Shown here piece after piece: positions 51,201 to 63,249 of a stretch of 64,000 bases of DNA. The translations under genes were made by a program, and so were the position numbers. Within the stretch, counting starts at the first letter, position 1. Each line of letters begins with the position of its first letter. Source of the stretch: Octopus bimaculoides (taxonomy: Eukaryota); assembly GCF_001194135.2 (NCBI RefSeq), contig NC_068984.1:106243875-106307874 (forward strand), given 5' to 3'. Below the pieces are notes generated by a model. That model had not been told where the DNA came from. It did not search any database and saw only the letters and a program-made list of their open reading frames with translations.

Positions 51201-52456
51201 GCACCTATATCTAGGGAATTAATTTTCCTTTTTATTCTCCTATTTCCACTACGTTTTGATTATCTTCTAGCTTACACTTTCTAAATATTTGCATATCCTT
51301 TGACTAAGTATGAACTCAAAATCTTTATATCTAAGGCAAGGTTTCGGTCATGGTGAGCATCTGAAAATGACTGGAAAATAGCATGATCAACAAATACCGC
51401 AGATAGAAAAGCGACATAAGTTATTAGAACTCATGCAATTGTGATTTTAATTGCAATATTCTAAAATTATTGATTAGCTGCCTAAATTAGTTCGAAGCCA
51501 ATAAGGAATTTAACTTGTTTTCATAGTACAAAGTGTAATTGACAATGAATTGTTTGCCATCTATTTGTGAGAGTCTTACAACAACAAAACTTTCTTCCAA
51601 AACCAATATTCTCAATATAGATATTTTAATCAGATTAGTTTCCCCTTAGGAATTTTACATCACTTTAGGTGTGAACACATCCTAATTCCATAAAATTTCA
51701 ATTTTCAGACTAGAATACCATGTCAAAATCGATCTCACATTATTACAAGTAAGCATACACTTAATGTTATCCTCCATCTCTCATTCTGTTGTACAATTTA
51801 AAGAAACATTTGACCCAATATTAATCAAATAATTAGCAAATAAAAATTTAAGGACATTATAAGGTCATTATTTTCATGTATTTTGCACTATTAACTTTTG
51901 TAGCCACTTATATCTAAAAGAAATTATGTTGCTATGTAACCTTGAATACGAGTGCATTTTGGTTTTTATGTGACACACACTTCCTTCGGCAGACTCCCAA
52001 GTATCTTCCTAATGAAATTGAAAAACCAATTTCATATTTTGCTTGATAATTATTGCGGTGGTAGAGGAATTGGACTTTCTAGCTTCAGTAGTTTGAGAAA
52101 CCAGAGTATATACTTAAGCAATCAATCAATTAAGCAAACAAGCTGAACACAAACAGAGGCACCTTATATATTGGTGGTTGGATATATTGCATGGTGGTGG
52201 TCAGTGAATATAATGATAGTGGAGTATAATATTATTCATAGAGTGTTAAATAACAATGAACTTTATTGGAAAAGTTTCTTTGAGAGTGAATATTAATTTT
52301 CATCATTATCAACTGCTGCTGCTAGAACTATAACATCATCCACAACTTCAAGCATCTCTGCCACTACCAGCACCACTACTATCGTTACCATTATTATCTT
52401 AGTTATTCATCACTCACAAATCTTCAACACTATTTGAATAATATATTCATTAAACC

Positions 52457-52493
<37 letters not shown>

Positions 52494-54404
52494 AAATACA
52501 CACACCAACATAAATAAATATTTATTTTTACCCATTTCCCAAACAAGGTAATCATGTCGAAGAAATTTAATCTTCCATTAATTCCATTTCTTCTACATCA
52601 AAAAGTGTCCAGATTTTAAGAGTCTTTGATCTTTTCAAAATTGTAAAGCAACATAATGATGGCAAGTCTCTTAAAAGATTGGGTTATGGAGGCACTTCTG
52701 AATACTCATCTAGGGTAGGCTGCTCTAGCTGTAGTCAATCCCTTACCTAGCTGAACTCAGTATTACAAATTAGTAAAACATAACTCAATTAAGCAACATG
52801 TCTTAATCATACACCATGCCTCAACTGTAGGTGCAGGCATGGTTGTGTGGATAAGAAGCCTGCTTCCCAGTCATGTTGTCTTGTGTTCAGTCCCACAGTG
52901 TGGTACCTTGGTTAAGTGTCTTCTACACTAGCCCAGGGAGTAGATTTGGGGTAGACAAAAACTGAAAGAAGTTTGTCACATATGTGTGTGTGTGTGTGTG
53001 TGATCATCATTCTTTAACAACCATTTTCCATGTTGGCATGGGTTGGATAGTTTGACTGGAGCTGGCAAACAGGAGAGCTGCATTACGTTCCAGTTTGATT
53101 TGGTTTGGTTTCTATGGCTGGATGCCCTTCATAACACCAACGACTTTACAATGTGTGCTGGGTGCCTTGAATGTGACACTGACATGAGTGCTTCTTACAT
53201 GGCACCAGTGCAGAGCTCTTGCAGGCTAATTCTCTTCATCAGGAGGAGTGGCATTAAAGCTTCTGCTGTAGAGGACAGGTCTTCCTGAGTACAGTATGGC
53301 ACCAGATATATATATGTGTGTGTGTGTGTGTGTGAGTGTTCACCTTGTCTTGATATCATGTGATTGTTGTAAACAAGCATTACCACCACACAAGCAATGT
53401 TGTTCATTTCCAATTTTCTATTAAAGACATATCTGGCCATGGAAAATATCACCTTGATTGGAAACAGGTGAGGGTCAGTAACAGGATGAATGTAGATGTA
53501 ATGGAGATATTGTACATAAGTGGGTACATTCCAAAAAGGGGTTGCAATGGGAGACAGCAATGGGAAGTGAACTGTTGAAATGTTGCAGAAGGCAAAGGGC
53601 TGACATGGATTGCTGTAGAATAAGAAACATAAACTGAGCCTATGCAGTCACATGAGAATATGTAGTAGTGAATTACTTGAAAAAATATGGCGTAATGGCT
53701 TACCACATGGTTGGTGGAAGTAATTGGAGAATATGCTTTGATACTGAAGTACATGCAGGAAACTGCTTTGTTGGTGCAGTCTTCAGGTTTGTTGGTATTA
53801 TGCCAAAATGGTATCTATCTTCACCATTCACAAAGAGCAGTGGATATTGGAGTGCATCGTAGGATGTAGTAATTTCTTGGTAAACAATATTCTTTGTTTT
53901 CCCTTGTGGAACAAATGCAAATAGAATTTTTTAGCTTCCCACTCTAGAGTAGTCAACATTTAATTACTCATGTGAGAGGCATGACTCTTCCAAGTGAAGT
54001 TCTACCACAGACAGTGTTTGAGCCTGGGATTTATTAATAGACATTGTGAAGCTGATACAAATAGGAAATTGCACTCTTCTGAATGAAAAAGGAATTTCTG
54101 TTCCCAAAGGAATGAAAATAATTCTGGGTATGAAAACATCCTCACCTTTTCCACAACCAGAAAGAATAGTGGTTTCAATAACATGTGGCATCATCTTCTT
54201 TACCACCAGGTGTGTTCCATTGCAGAGTGTTAGTGGATCCAAATTCTTCAATAACATTATTGTTGTTCCCACTTAAAATTCCAATCTGTGGGGAGGTAGT
54301 CCTGGAAGTTCCAATGAATGGAGAAATGCTGTTGGATAATTTACCACTTCTAGATCTGCGATCGCATCGACTGACTTATAAATGTTAGGACTTCCAGGAA
54401 GATA

Positions 54405-57400
54405 TAAAGGTTGCACAAAAATAATGGAAACACTTAGCATCACAACATCATAATATTGAAATATCTATAAAACCATCAAAAGCTTGTTTATTTTTATGTT
54501 TTTTGATTTATTATTAGTGTTGCTTAATATGTTTTTCTAAAATTGCTGTTTCTTTTCAGATATCATCAGAAAATAGTAATTAAAATGCATTAAAATGACA
54601 GATCTATTGAACTTTCAAAAGGTCAAACTGTTGGTGCTCGTATGGCAGGTGCTAGCGTAACGAAAACAGCTGAAATGTTTGGTGTATCAAGAAGTACTGT
54701 CTTGAAAGTAATGACAGCCTTTGAGAAAGAGAGAAAAACCTCCTCGTCGAAACAAAATTCCGGAAGAAAACCAAAACTTTCAGATAGGGACTGTCGGACT
54801 CTTACATGACTTGTTAGAAAGGGTCACAAAAGTGAAGCTCACAAAATTACTGCAGAGCTTAATGACCACCTCCAGAACCCAGTTTCCACAAAAACTGGTC
54901 GCCAGGAGCAGCACAAAGCCAGATTTCACAGGGGAAGGGGTGGGGGCTACAATCAGAAAACCACTACTGTCAAAAACAAACATTGCAAAGCTTTTAGAGT
55001 AGAGTAAAAACCTACAGAATTGGTCCCTAGAGCAGTGGAAGAATATTATTTTCTCTGACGAGTCATCCATTACCTTATTTCCGCCCACCGGCTGAGTATA
55101 CATGTGGAAACAGCCAAAAGAAGCATTTGACCCAGATTGCCTTCTTCCAACTGTTAGACATAGAGGAGGATCTATTATGATCTGGAGGGGAGGGGGGGCT
55201 ATATCTTGGAAATCCACCAGCCCAATAGGTTCCCTTCATGGAAGAATTAATAGTCAAGATTATTTAAGCATTTTATCTGATCAAATTCATCCTATGGTTG
55301 TGGAACACCAATTCACCATAGATTAGCTGACCGAAAACTCTCAGATTTTTCAATTCTATTTTGCTAGTATCAACATTTGGTGTTTCGTTAAATTATGCAA
55401 CCCAAAGCCCAAAAGAATATTTTGCTCCCTTGTATTCTGACCACTACCCCCTCTCTCTCTGTCTCACTCTGTCTGTCTCTCTTTCGATTACTACTCGCTT
55501 AACCAAGACTTCGCTCACCACCACCCTATATAAACTAGTGCACGCACTCGGATTCCCCTACTCGATTTTAATACCTCTGCCAAAGAATACAAATCTCAGA
55601 AGATGCTCAGATAAGAAGTTTTGTCTTTTCAACCTCGTTCATCTACTCTTCTATTTCTGTGCAGATCACAAACCCTTTATTAGTTCTTTTCATTATTCTG
55701 TCTATTTCATTACCATGTCATCATGTAAATATAGTTTCAATAGTTTCATCTTCCTCGTTGTTGCCTTAAGATAACCTTAGTTCACACATTTCCTTAACCA
55801 CAACATATTCATTCAAGTTTATCACACAGTCACTTATTTCTCTAATTTTGTCATAGATTGGCTGATCGAAAACTCTCAGATTTTTCAATTCTATTTTACT
55901 ATTGTCAACATTTGCTGTTTCATTAAATTATGCTACCCAAATCGCAAAAGAATATTTTCCTCCCTCATTTTCTGACCACTACCCCCTCTCTCTCTTTGCC
56001 ACACTCTGTCTGTCTGTCTGTCTCTCTCTCTCGGCCTCACTCTGTCTCTGTCTCTCTCTCGGCCTCACTCTGTCTCTGTCTCTCTCTTGGCCTCACTCTG
56101 TCTGTCTGTCTCTCTTTTGATTACCACTCGCTTTGCCAAGACTTCCTCCACCAGCACCACTACCCTATATAAACTAGCGCACGCAATCGGATTCCCCTAC
56201 TCGATTTTTTTAATACCTCCACGGAAAGAATATGTATCCAGAAGATGCTCTCGTCTAAATGTGCTAGTTCGTGGTACGCCTGCCCTCCCAACCCTCCACC
56301 TGTACTGGAAGTTCCTATCCTCTGTAATCCTTTGGTTGTCTCCCATGAACACTTCTAAAGGCTTTATGCCATCCCCACCCCTACTTAGGGTTTATCTCCT
56401 ATGTAAGGTAGTGATCACATAGTGCAAAAATATGATGGTGTAGTGTATGCAGGTTCAATTGAAGGCTATTGTTTGTTTATGAATTCTGCCAAATGCAAGC
56501 TTTCTTTTCAGGTACATGACACTGTTGTCCCCTGTCCCAGGGTCTCACGGGCCCATACCTCCCACACCCTCAGGGTTGGCACTCTCAACATCGGCACACT
56601 GAAAGATAGTTCTGGTGAGATTATTGAGATGCTTGAATGGAGATGTGTCGATATGTGCTGCCTCCAAGAAGTAAGGTGGAAAGGAAGTTCCGCTAGGTTC
56701 CTCACAGGCAAAAAACACAAGTATAAGATTTTCTGGGCAAGGAACACTGATGGGGTTGGGGGCATGGGTATACTTCTTGTGAAGAAATGGGTGGATAAGG
56801 TAATTGAGGTAGTCAGAGTATGCAACAGAATACTTAAGATTAGATTAGTGCTTCATCATGGGTTAGTAACCATTATCTTGGCCTATGCCCCTCAGCTGGG
56901 GCTACCCAATGGAAAAAGAAACCGATTTTATGACACCCTCTTGCAGACTACCTCTTTGGTGAATGACAGGAACCTTCTCTTTGTGGCTGGTGGTTTCAAT
57001 GGACATGTTGGACAACATACAGGGGACTTCCATGGCATACATGGAGGCTATGGTTTTGGTTCCTGCAATCAGGAGGGAACCAGGCTGCTTGAGTTCTGTG
57101 ATGCAAATGATCTTATGGTTTGCAATAATAACTTCAGAAAACCTGCTAGTCACCTAGTCACCTACCATTCTGGCAGACACACTAACCAAATTGACTACAT
57201 CCTCGCCAGAAAAAAGGGAAAGATGGCTGCTTATAAATGCCAAAACCTTCCCAGGCAAAGAATGTACCCCATAACATAACTGGTAGTTAGTGACTTCAGG
57301 ATCAGGGCTAAGTGGATGCCCAGAAGACGACCAACATGGAGGAGAAGGGTCTAGATGCTGAAAGATTCTGCAAATGGACAGAGATTTAGATACATATTAC

Positions 57401-59260
57401 TCAAAGCATTTGACGGAATAGAAAGGGATACAGCTTCACACGATGTTGAAGACAAGTGGGGCTTTCTACGGGACAATCTGCTGAGGGCCACTGATCAGAT
57501 CTGTGGATGGTGCAAAGTCCCCTCTCGACCCAAAATAACGTGGTGGTGGAATAATGTGGTTGACAGGGCTATTAGAGGAAAGAAACAGGCTTGGAAGGAT
57601 TGGAAAAACGGTGGTAGCAGGAAATTGTACCAGACTGACAGAAGGGAAGCTAGGAGACAGGGTTATTTAGCCAGAGGGGAAGCAGATAAGAAAAAATTTG
57701 CCAATGTTCTGCGCCGTGAGGATCAAAGACTTGAGGTATTTCATGCTGCAAGACAGTATGTGAGAGAGAATCGTGATATTGTAGGAGAGAAATGTGTTCG
57801 CATGGATGATAGGTTCACTTGCACTAAACGAGGCTGCAAAGAGAGAGGTTTGGAGACACCACTATGAAAGGTTGCTCAATAAAGAAAATGAATGGGAGAA
57901 TGAGAGTCTGCCGAATGTCGACCCAACAGAGGGACAAGCTATACGAGTTGACAGTACCTTGGTAGATAAAGCAATTAAGAGTATGAAGACGGGGAAAGCC
58001 CCCGGCCCATCAGAAATCACTGCAGAGATGCTCAAAATATCTGGCAGTGTCAGCTATAGCCTAGTCACCCGTATAGTTAACCAGGTGATACACGAAGGAG
58101 TCACACCCAATGACTGGTGTAGCAGCACCATAGTCAACTGCTACAAAGGTAAAGGTAACATTTCAGATACAAATAATTACAGAGGTATCAAGTTGTTGGA
58201 TGAGGTAATGAAGGTCATGGAGAGGGTCATAGCCCAATTAATTAGGGAGAGAGTCAGTTTAGATGAGATGCAGTTTGGGTTCGTGTCAGGGAAAAGCACT
58301 ACTGATGCTATATTTCTGGTAAGACAGCTGCAGGAGAAATACATAGCCAAAGATAAACCTCTGTACCTGGCTTTCGTTGACATGGAGAACGCCTTTGACA
58401 GGGGTGTAACCAGCCCACTTATGTGTACCTTTCCTTCATTGGACACTAAACTCTGCTTGCGAAAACCTGTTGAGGCAAGTGAAATCAAAATCGAATCAAA
58501 TTTGCAAATTCGATGACTGGCACCTGTGCCAGCGGAGCAATAAGAGCAGCATCCAAATGTGATCATTGCTAGAGCAGCTGACTAACTTCTGTGCCGGTGG
58601 CACATAGAAAAGCACCATTTGAGCGTGATTGTTACCAGCGTCACCTTAACAGCACGGGAAAAAAACATTCAAGCGAGGTTGTTACCAGTGCTGCTGGACT
58701 GGATCCTGTGCAGGTGGCACGTAAAAAACACATTTGAGTGTGGCTGTTGCCAGTACCGCCTGACTGACCCTCGTGCTAGTGGCACGTAAAAGCACCCACT
58801 ACACTCTTCGAATGGTTTGTATCCAGCTGTAGAAACTCTGCCAAATGAGATTGGAGCCTGGTGCAGCCATCTGGGTTGCCAGTCCTTAGTCAAATCGTCC
58901 AACCCATGCTAGCATGGGAAGCAGATGTTATATGATGATGAAAGTTGTTACTGAATGGCACAAGGAACATTCTAGTGAAGTCGAACATCTTATCTGGCCA
59001 CTACAGTCGCCAGATCTCAGTATTATTGAACATTTATGGTGCATTTTAGAAAAAGAAGGAGTCGATATCCTCCACCATCATCGCTACAAGAACTGATGAC
59101 TGTTTTAGCTGAGGAATGGACAAAAATTCCTTTGGAAACATTCAAACTTTGTATGAGTTCATACCTTGTAGAATCCAAGGTGTAATTACTGCCAAAGGCA
59201 GTCGTACCCCATATTAAAATAAATTTGCTTGAAATTTTAAGGTGTTTCCATTATTTTGTC
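54405..59260 (+). mobile_element. Tc1 transposon (DD34E type), interrupted by an RTE
   Basis: TIR caaaataatggaaacac / gtgtttccattattttg and TA duplication at 54403-04 and 59261-62. GARMAGASVTKTAEMFGVSRSTV, FSDES, PTVRHRGGSIMIW, then WPLQSPDLSIIEHLW after 58941. Confidence 0.93.
55317..58940 (+). mobile_element. RTE-clade LINE (APE and partial RT), with 5' monomers and (TGA)n tail
   Basis: LRVGTLNIGTL..CCLQEVRWKG..AYAPQ..GGFNGHVG..QIDYIL (APE), TGKAPGPSEITAEMLK, QFGF..GKSTTDAIF..AFVDMENAFDR. The RT breaks off at about 58400 into the 3' UTR. Several stops. Confidence 0.93.
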
Positions 59261-60889
59261 TATTGCAGCAGCTGCTTATTAATTTTACTTACATTGTTTT
59301 TTTTTTTGGAGCCAGTATTCTTCATTCACGCAGCCACTTGAAATAATTATAATGTTTTGACCAATGGATATAAAGGAGATAATCATTTTCTGAAAGTTAC
59401 TTTGCAAAAGGTTACCTCCCTTCTTCACACAACCAAGGAAAGGGTGTTTTCTGCTCCCAGAGGGCTTGTTACTCATTATGTGAAAAATTTTAAGAGTCTA
59501 AAACCATCTCTGGAACATAAGTAATGTATGTTCCCAGTTTGGAGAAAATCAGTTGTGAACTTCAGAAGTTATGCAGGTTTACACACACAATCTCATTCTT
59601 ATGTATATATAGACAATAGAACAAAATAACCAGACTACTTTGTAATATGTGATTTTAATTATCAAATTACACCTATTGAATTGTGTTTTGATAATTCAAA
59701 TCAAGTCTGATGAAGTGGTTTGGTTATTCTGCTATATTATGTAATCTATCAAAAAAAAAAATCTAAAAAGCCATTCTCATGGAAACATTATGGAATCGAA
59801 AAATTGACTCCTTTTTGTTAATTTATTATTATGCAAGCTTAAAAGCCACACTCTGTGCACTTTTAAGCTAGTTCCTGCAGAGGGCTAAATGGGCTTGCAG
59901 CCAAAAACTAAAGAGAGTGAAAATAATAAACTATTTATTGGTACCCTACCAATATGGTATTACATTAAATTCAGTTTAAATTAAAAACTTGTAAGTTCAC
60001 AAATTTTTGTACAAATACAACTCATTACCAGTTAGGGACTCAAAAACATGATCTTGCAATCATGAATACAACATCCTGGTAGATAGAGAGACAGAATAGC
60101 AGACAGTTAGATAGACAGACAGACTGATAGATAGATTGATAGAGAGGCAGACAAAGAGGTATATAGAGATGGATAAATAGACAGAGACAAATAGATAGAC
60201 AGACAGACAGTTAGATAGACAAAGAGGTACATAGAGATGGACAGATAGATAGATAGATAGATACAGAGATACATAGAAATAGATAGAATATACAGCAGAA
60301 CAAAGAGGCTGAGAATCAGTTGGAGTTAAACAAGTGGGATTAAGTAATTTGTCTATGAATAGATTTGCTTGCTCAAGGTTGACGTAGGATTCAATTAATG
60401 ATAGTATTTCCATAGTTTCTATGTTTCAGTCTTACAAAGACACCCCCACTACCTTATTCAGCTTGTTTCATTCATTCACACTGTAGATGTATATTACACA
60501 AATAGAGATTGGTCTTACATTGACTGATACATTTGGTGTGGATTTACATTACCTGTTTAAATAAAACAATATCTAAATCAATAAATAAAAGCAAATATCT
60601 CCTGCATCATGGCCAGTGTCATGTTCTATGTTCATTAGGTGGCTGAGGGTCAGAAATAATGCTTTGCAGTATTTGTTTCAGCACTTTATGTTCTGAGCTC
60701 AAATTCCGCCATGGTTAAATTTGCCTTTTCATTCATTTGGAGATCAGCAAAATAAAGTGGTAGACAAGTACTGAGATTGATGGAATATACTAAACACTCC
60801 CCTCAAAATTGCTGGTCATGTGCTTAAATCAGAAGCCATTATGATAAACAGCGGAGAAATAAAGTCCACTTCTGAATCATCATCGTTGT

Positions 60890-62860
60890 TGTTACTATCA
60901 TCATCAACCCCATCATCGTTTAGTGTATGTTTTCCATGCTGGTATGGGTTCGACAGTTTAACTGAAACTGGTTAAGCCAGAGAGCTGCACTAGGCTCTAG
61001 TCTGTTTCAGCCTTGGTTTCTATGGCTGGATGCCCTTCCTAATGCCATGCACTCTACAAGAGTGCTTTTACATGTCATGTGTAAGTACCTTTTATGTGTC
61101 ACCAGAACAGGTGCCTTTAATGAGTCAACAGCATGGGTAACTTTTATGTGTCACTGGCACTAACCACAACTACGATTTTACTTAGCTTAACATGTCTTCT
61201 CAAGCACAGCAAATCACCAAAAGTCTTGGTCACTAGTCATTGCCTCCATGAGACTCAATATCTGAAGATCATACATTACCAACTCATCTGTCTTCCTGGG
61301 TCGACCTCTTCCACAGATTCCCTCCACAGTTAGAGACTGGCACTTGTTTATGTAGCTATCCTTGATCACACATATCACATGGCTATACCAGCGTAGTTTT
61401 CACTCTTGTACCCTATATCTGATGTCACTTATACCCAATCTTTCTCTTAAGACACTCTCTGTCGTACGTGTACACTGACATTTCACACCCAGTGGAGCTT
61501 ACTAGCTTCATTTTTTTCAGGCCTTCACATGTCCTCTGTAGTCACAGCCCATGCATCACTGCTGTGTAGCATAGCTGTACGTACACAGGGTCATCCCAAT
61601 AAATAATGCGGTCTTTTATTTTTCAAAATTAAGATAAACAAAGTTCTTTTTTAATCTAAAATATACTCTCTTTCATTTTTTACAATGCTCTTCCATCTAT
61701 CTGGTAGACTTGCAAGGTCCCTCTTGCCAAATTCACTTGTCTGTGATGAAAAATACTTCCCCAGTACTGTTCTGACCTCGTCTACAGAATTCATATTTTT
61801 TCCATCCAAATGATTTTGAAGACTGCAGAATAAATGATAATCAGATGGGACAATGTCTGATAAATATGACAGGTGGGGCAGTGTTTCCCATTCAAACTGC
61901 TCCAGTCTTTGGAATGTCATCCTTGCTGAATGTGGCCAATCATTATCCTGATGGAAGAACACCTTTTGTCTTGAAACCAAAGATTGTCATTTTTCTTCTC
62001 GCTCTAACTCAAGCAGCTCACAGTAGATCTCCTTTGTTATCATTTGGTTTGGGTTTAAAAGTTCAAAGTGGACTAAGCCTTTCATAGCCCACCAAACAGA
62101 TAACAACACCTTATGTGAGTGAAGACCTCCTATAGCCTGGGGTGCCTGTGTTTCTCCTTTCCCTACCCACTGTCTTTGGCACTTGACACTTTTATAGAGA
62201 ACCCATTTCTCATCACCAGTCACTATTCAGTCCAAAAATGTTTCATTCGTGAGACATGACAGCAAAGAAGAGCACACATTCACTGTGTGTGTGATTAGAC
62301 TCGGCAAGTTTATGAGGAACCCATTAACCTAATTTTCTGACTTTTCCAATGGCACGCATGTGTCAATGAATGGTTGAATGACCAAATCCAAGCTTCTCTG
62401 CTAGTTCTTCAACAGTTACAGTGAAATTTTGTTCCACTAGGATTAACAGAACGTCCTCGTTGAACTCTTTCGATCTTCCAGGATGAGACTCGTCTTCTAG
62501 GTTGTAGTTTCTGGCTCGGAATTTCTGGAACCACTTTCTGTTACATTGTTGCCTTTATTGAACTCATAAAGCAAAATATGCCAAATGCTCCTTTATCACT
62601 TCCATTATAACATTGAAAAAATAACTGTTAAAATTGAACTGCACTCTTCAAATCTTGCACTAAGTATATGGACAAGGTAAAATTACTACCTGCTTTTGCA
62701 GCAAATTGATGCAGGTAGTTTATCCTCTCCCCCACCGACTTTTCTTTATGGGATGACCCAATATAATCTGCCTTTCACTCTGAGGAAGAGACCCTTTGCT
62801 ACCAACAAAGGTAGCAGCTCTCTGAGCATCCTTGTCAACTGCTGACTTGGTCACCAAGGT
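60890..62860 (-). mobile_element. RTE C-terminal and 3' fragment split by a mariner
   Basis: 3' UTR and (CAT)n at about 60890-61130, ORF end at 61270-61586, resuming at about 62763 (ctgcctttcactctgagg...agctctctgag). Confidence 0.8.
61586..62761 (-). mobile_element. Mariner (DD34D type) transposon, near full length, decayed
   Basis: TIR gggtcatccca(a)taaa / tttatgggatgaccc. Motifs TGDEKWVLY, KVLLSVWW, FHQDNDWPH, HLSYLSDIVPSDYHLF and LPDRWKSIV. Confidence 0.93.
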
Positions 62861-63249
62861 AACAGAAATGCTAATCTGTTGTACATAATAATTTCAGAAG
62901 ACATAACTCATATTACTGGATAATAAGTGGATGGAGGTATATAGAATTAGATATCCAGCATATAAACAAAAACAAAAAAATGCATTCAGAAATTTTGAAC
63001 TCGAGATCAGTTAGAAGTTCAATGCTTTATCCACATCAGTCGTTTCATATTTATATTTTATATTGCATGTCCAAGATATCATATTTAATATCTTTTTACA
63101 ATAGTTCAAGCCCTGCACTTTATTGCCCTGTATTTATTATCAGACAACATCTCTTTCTCTCTCTCACATACACATACTACTAGTTTCAGCTCAAGGGTTA
63201 TGGCCATATTAGAGCACCATCAACTGGTATTGCTACTCCTTCATTAATC

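Larger units (their letters stand above)
53600..59613 (-). mobile_element. Internally deleted Helitron (PIF1-like helicase C-terminus and Rep piece) split by Tc1
   Basis: TCTATATATAC 5' end at 59613. KWLRE*RILAPK..VSKINKQLLQ|YLPGSPNIYKSVD reads across the Tc1. Then IMLLKNLDPLTLCNGT, FPICISFTMSINKSQAQTL and GKTKNIVYQEI, followed by SYDALQYPLLF. Confidence 0.88.

Noticed and set aside
59836-59869. AGCTTAAAAG/CTTTTAAGCT hairpin as a microRNA precursor
   Set aside because: At 34 nt it is too short for a pre-miRNA and has no other support.
60060-60413. ORF MEILSLIESYVNLEQ... as a possible FOCAD first exon
   Set aside because: No donor site, no convincing similarity to the FOCAD N-terminus, and it runs into a (GATA)n tract.
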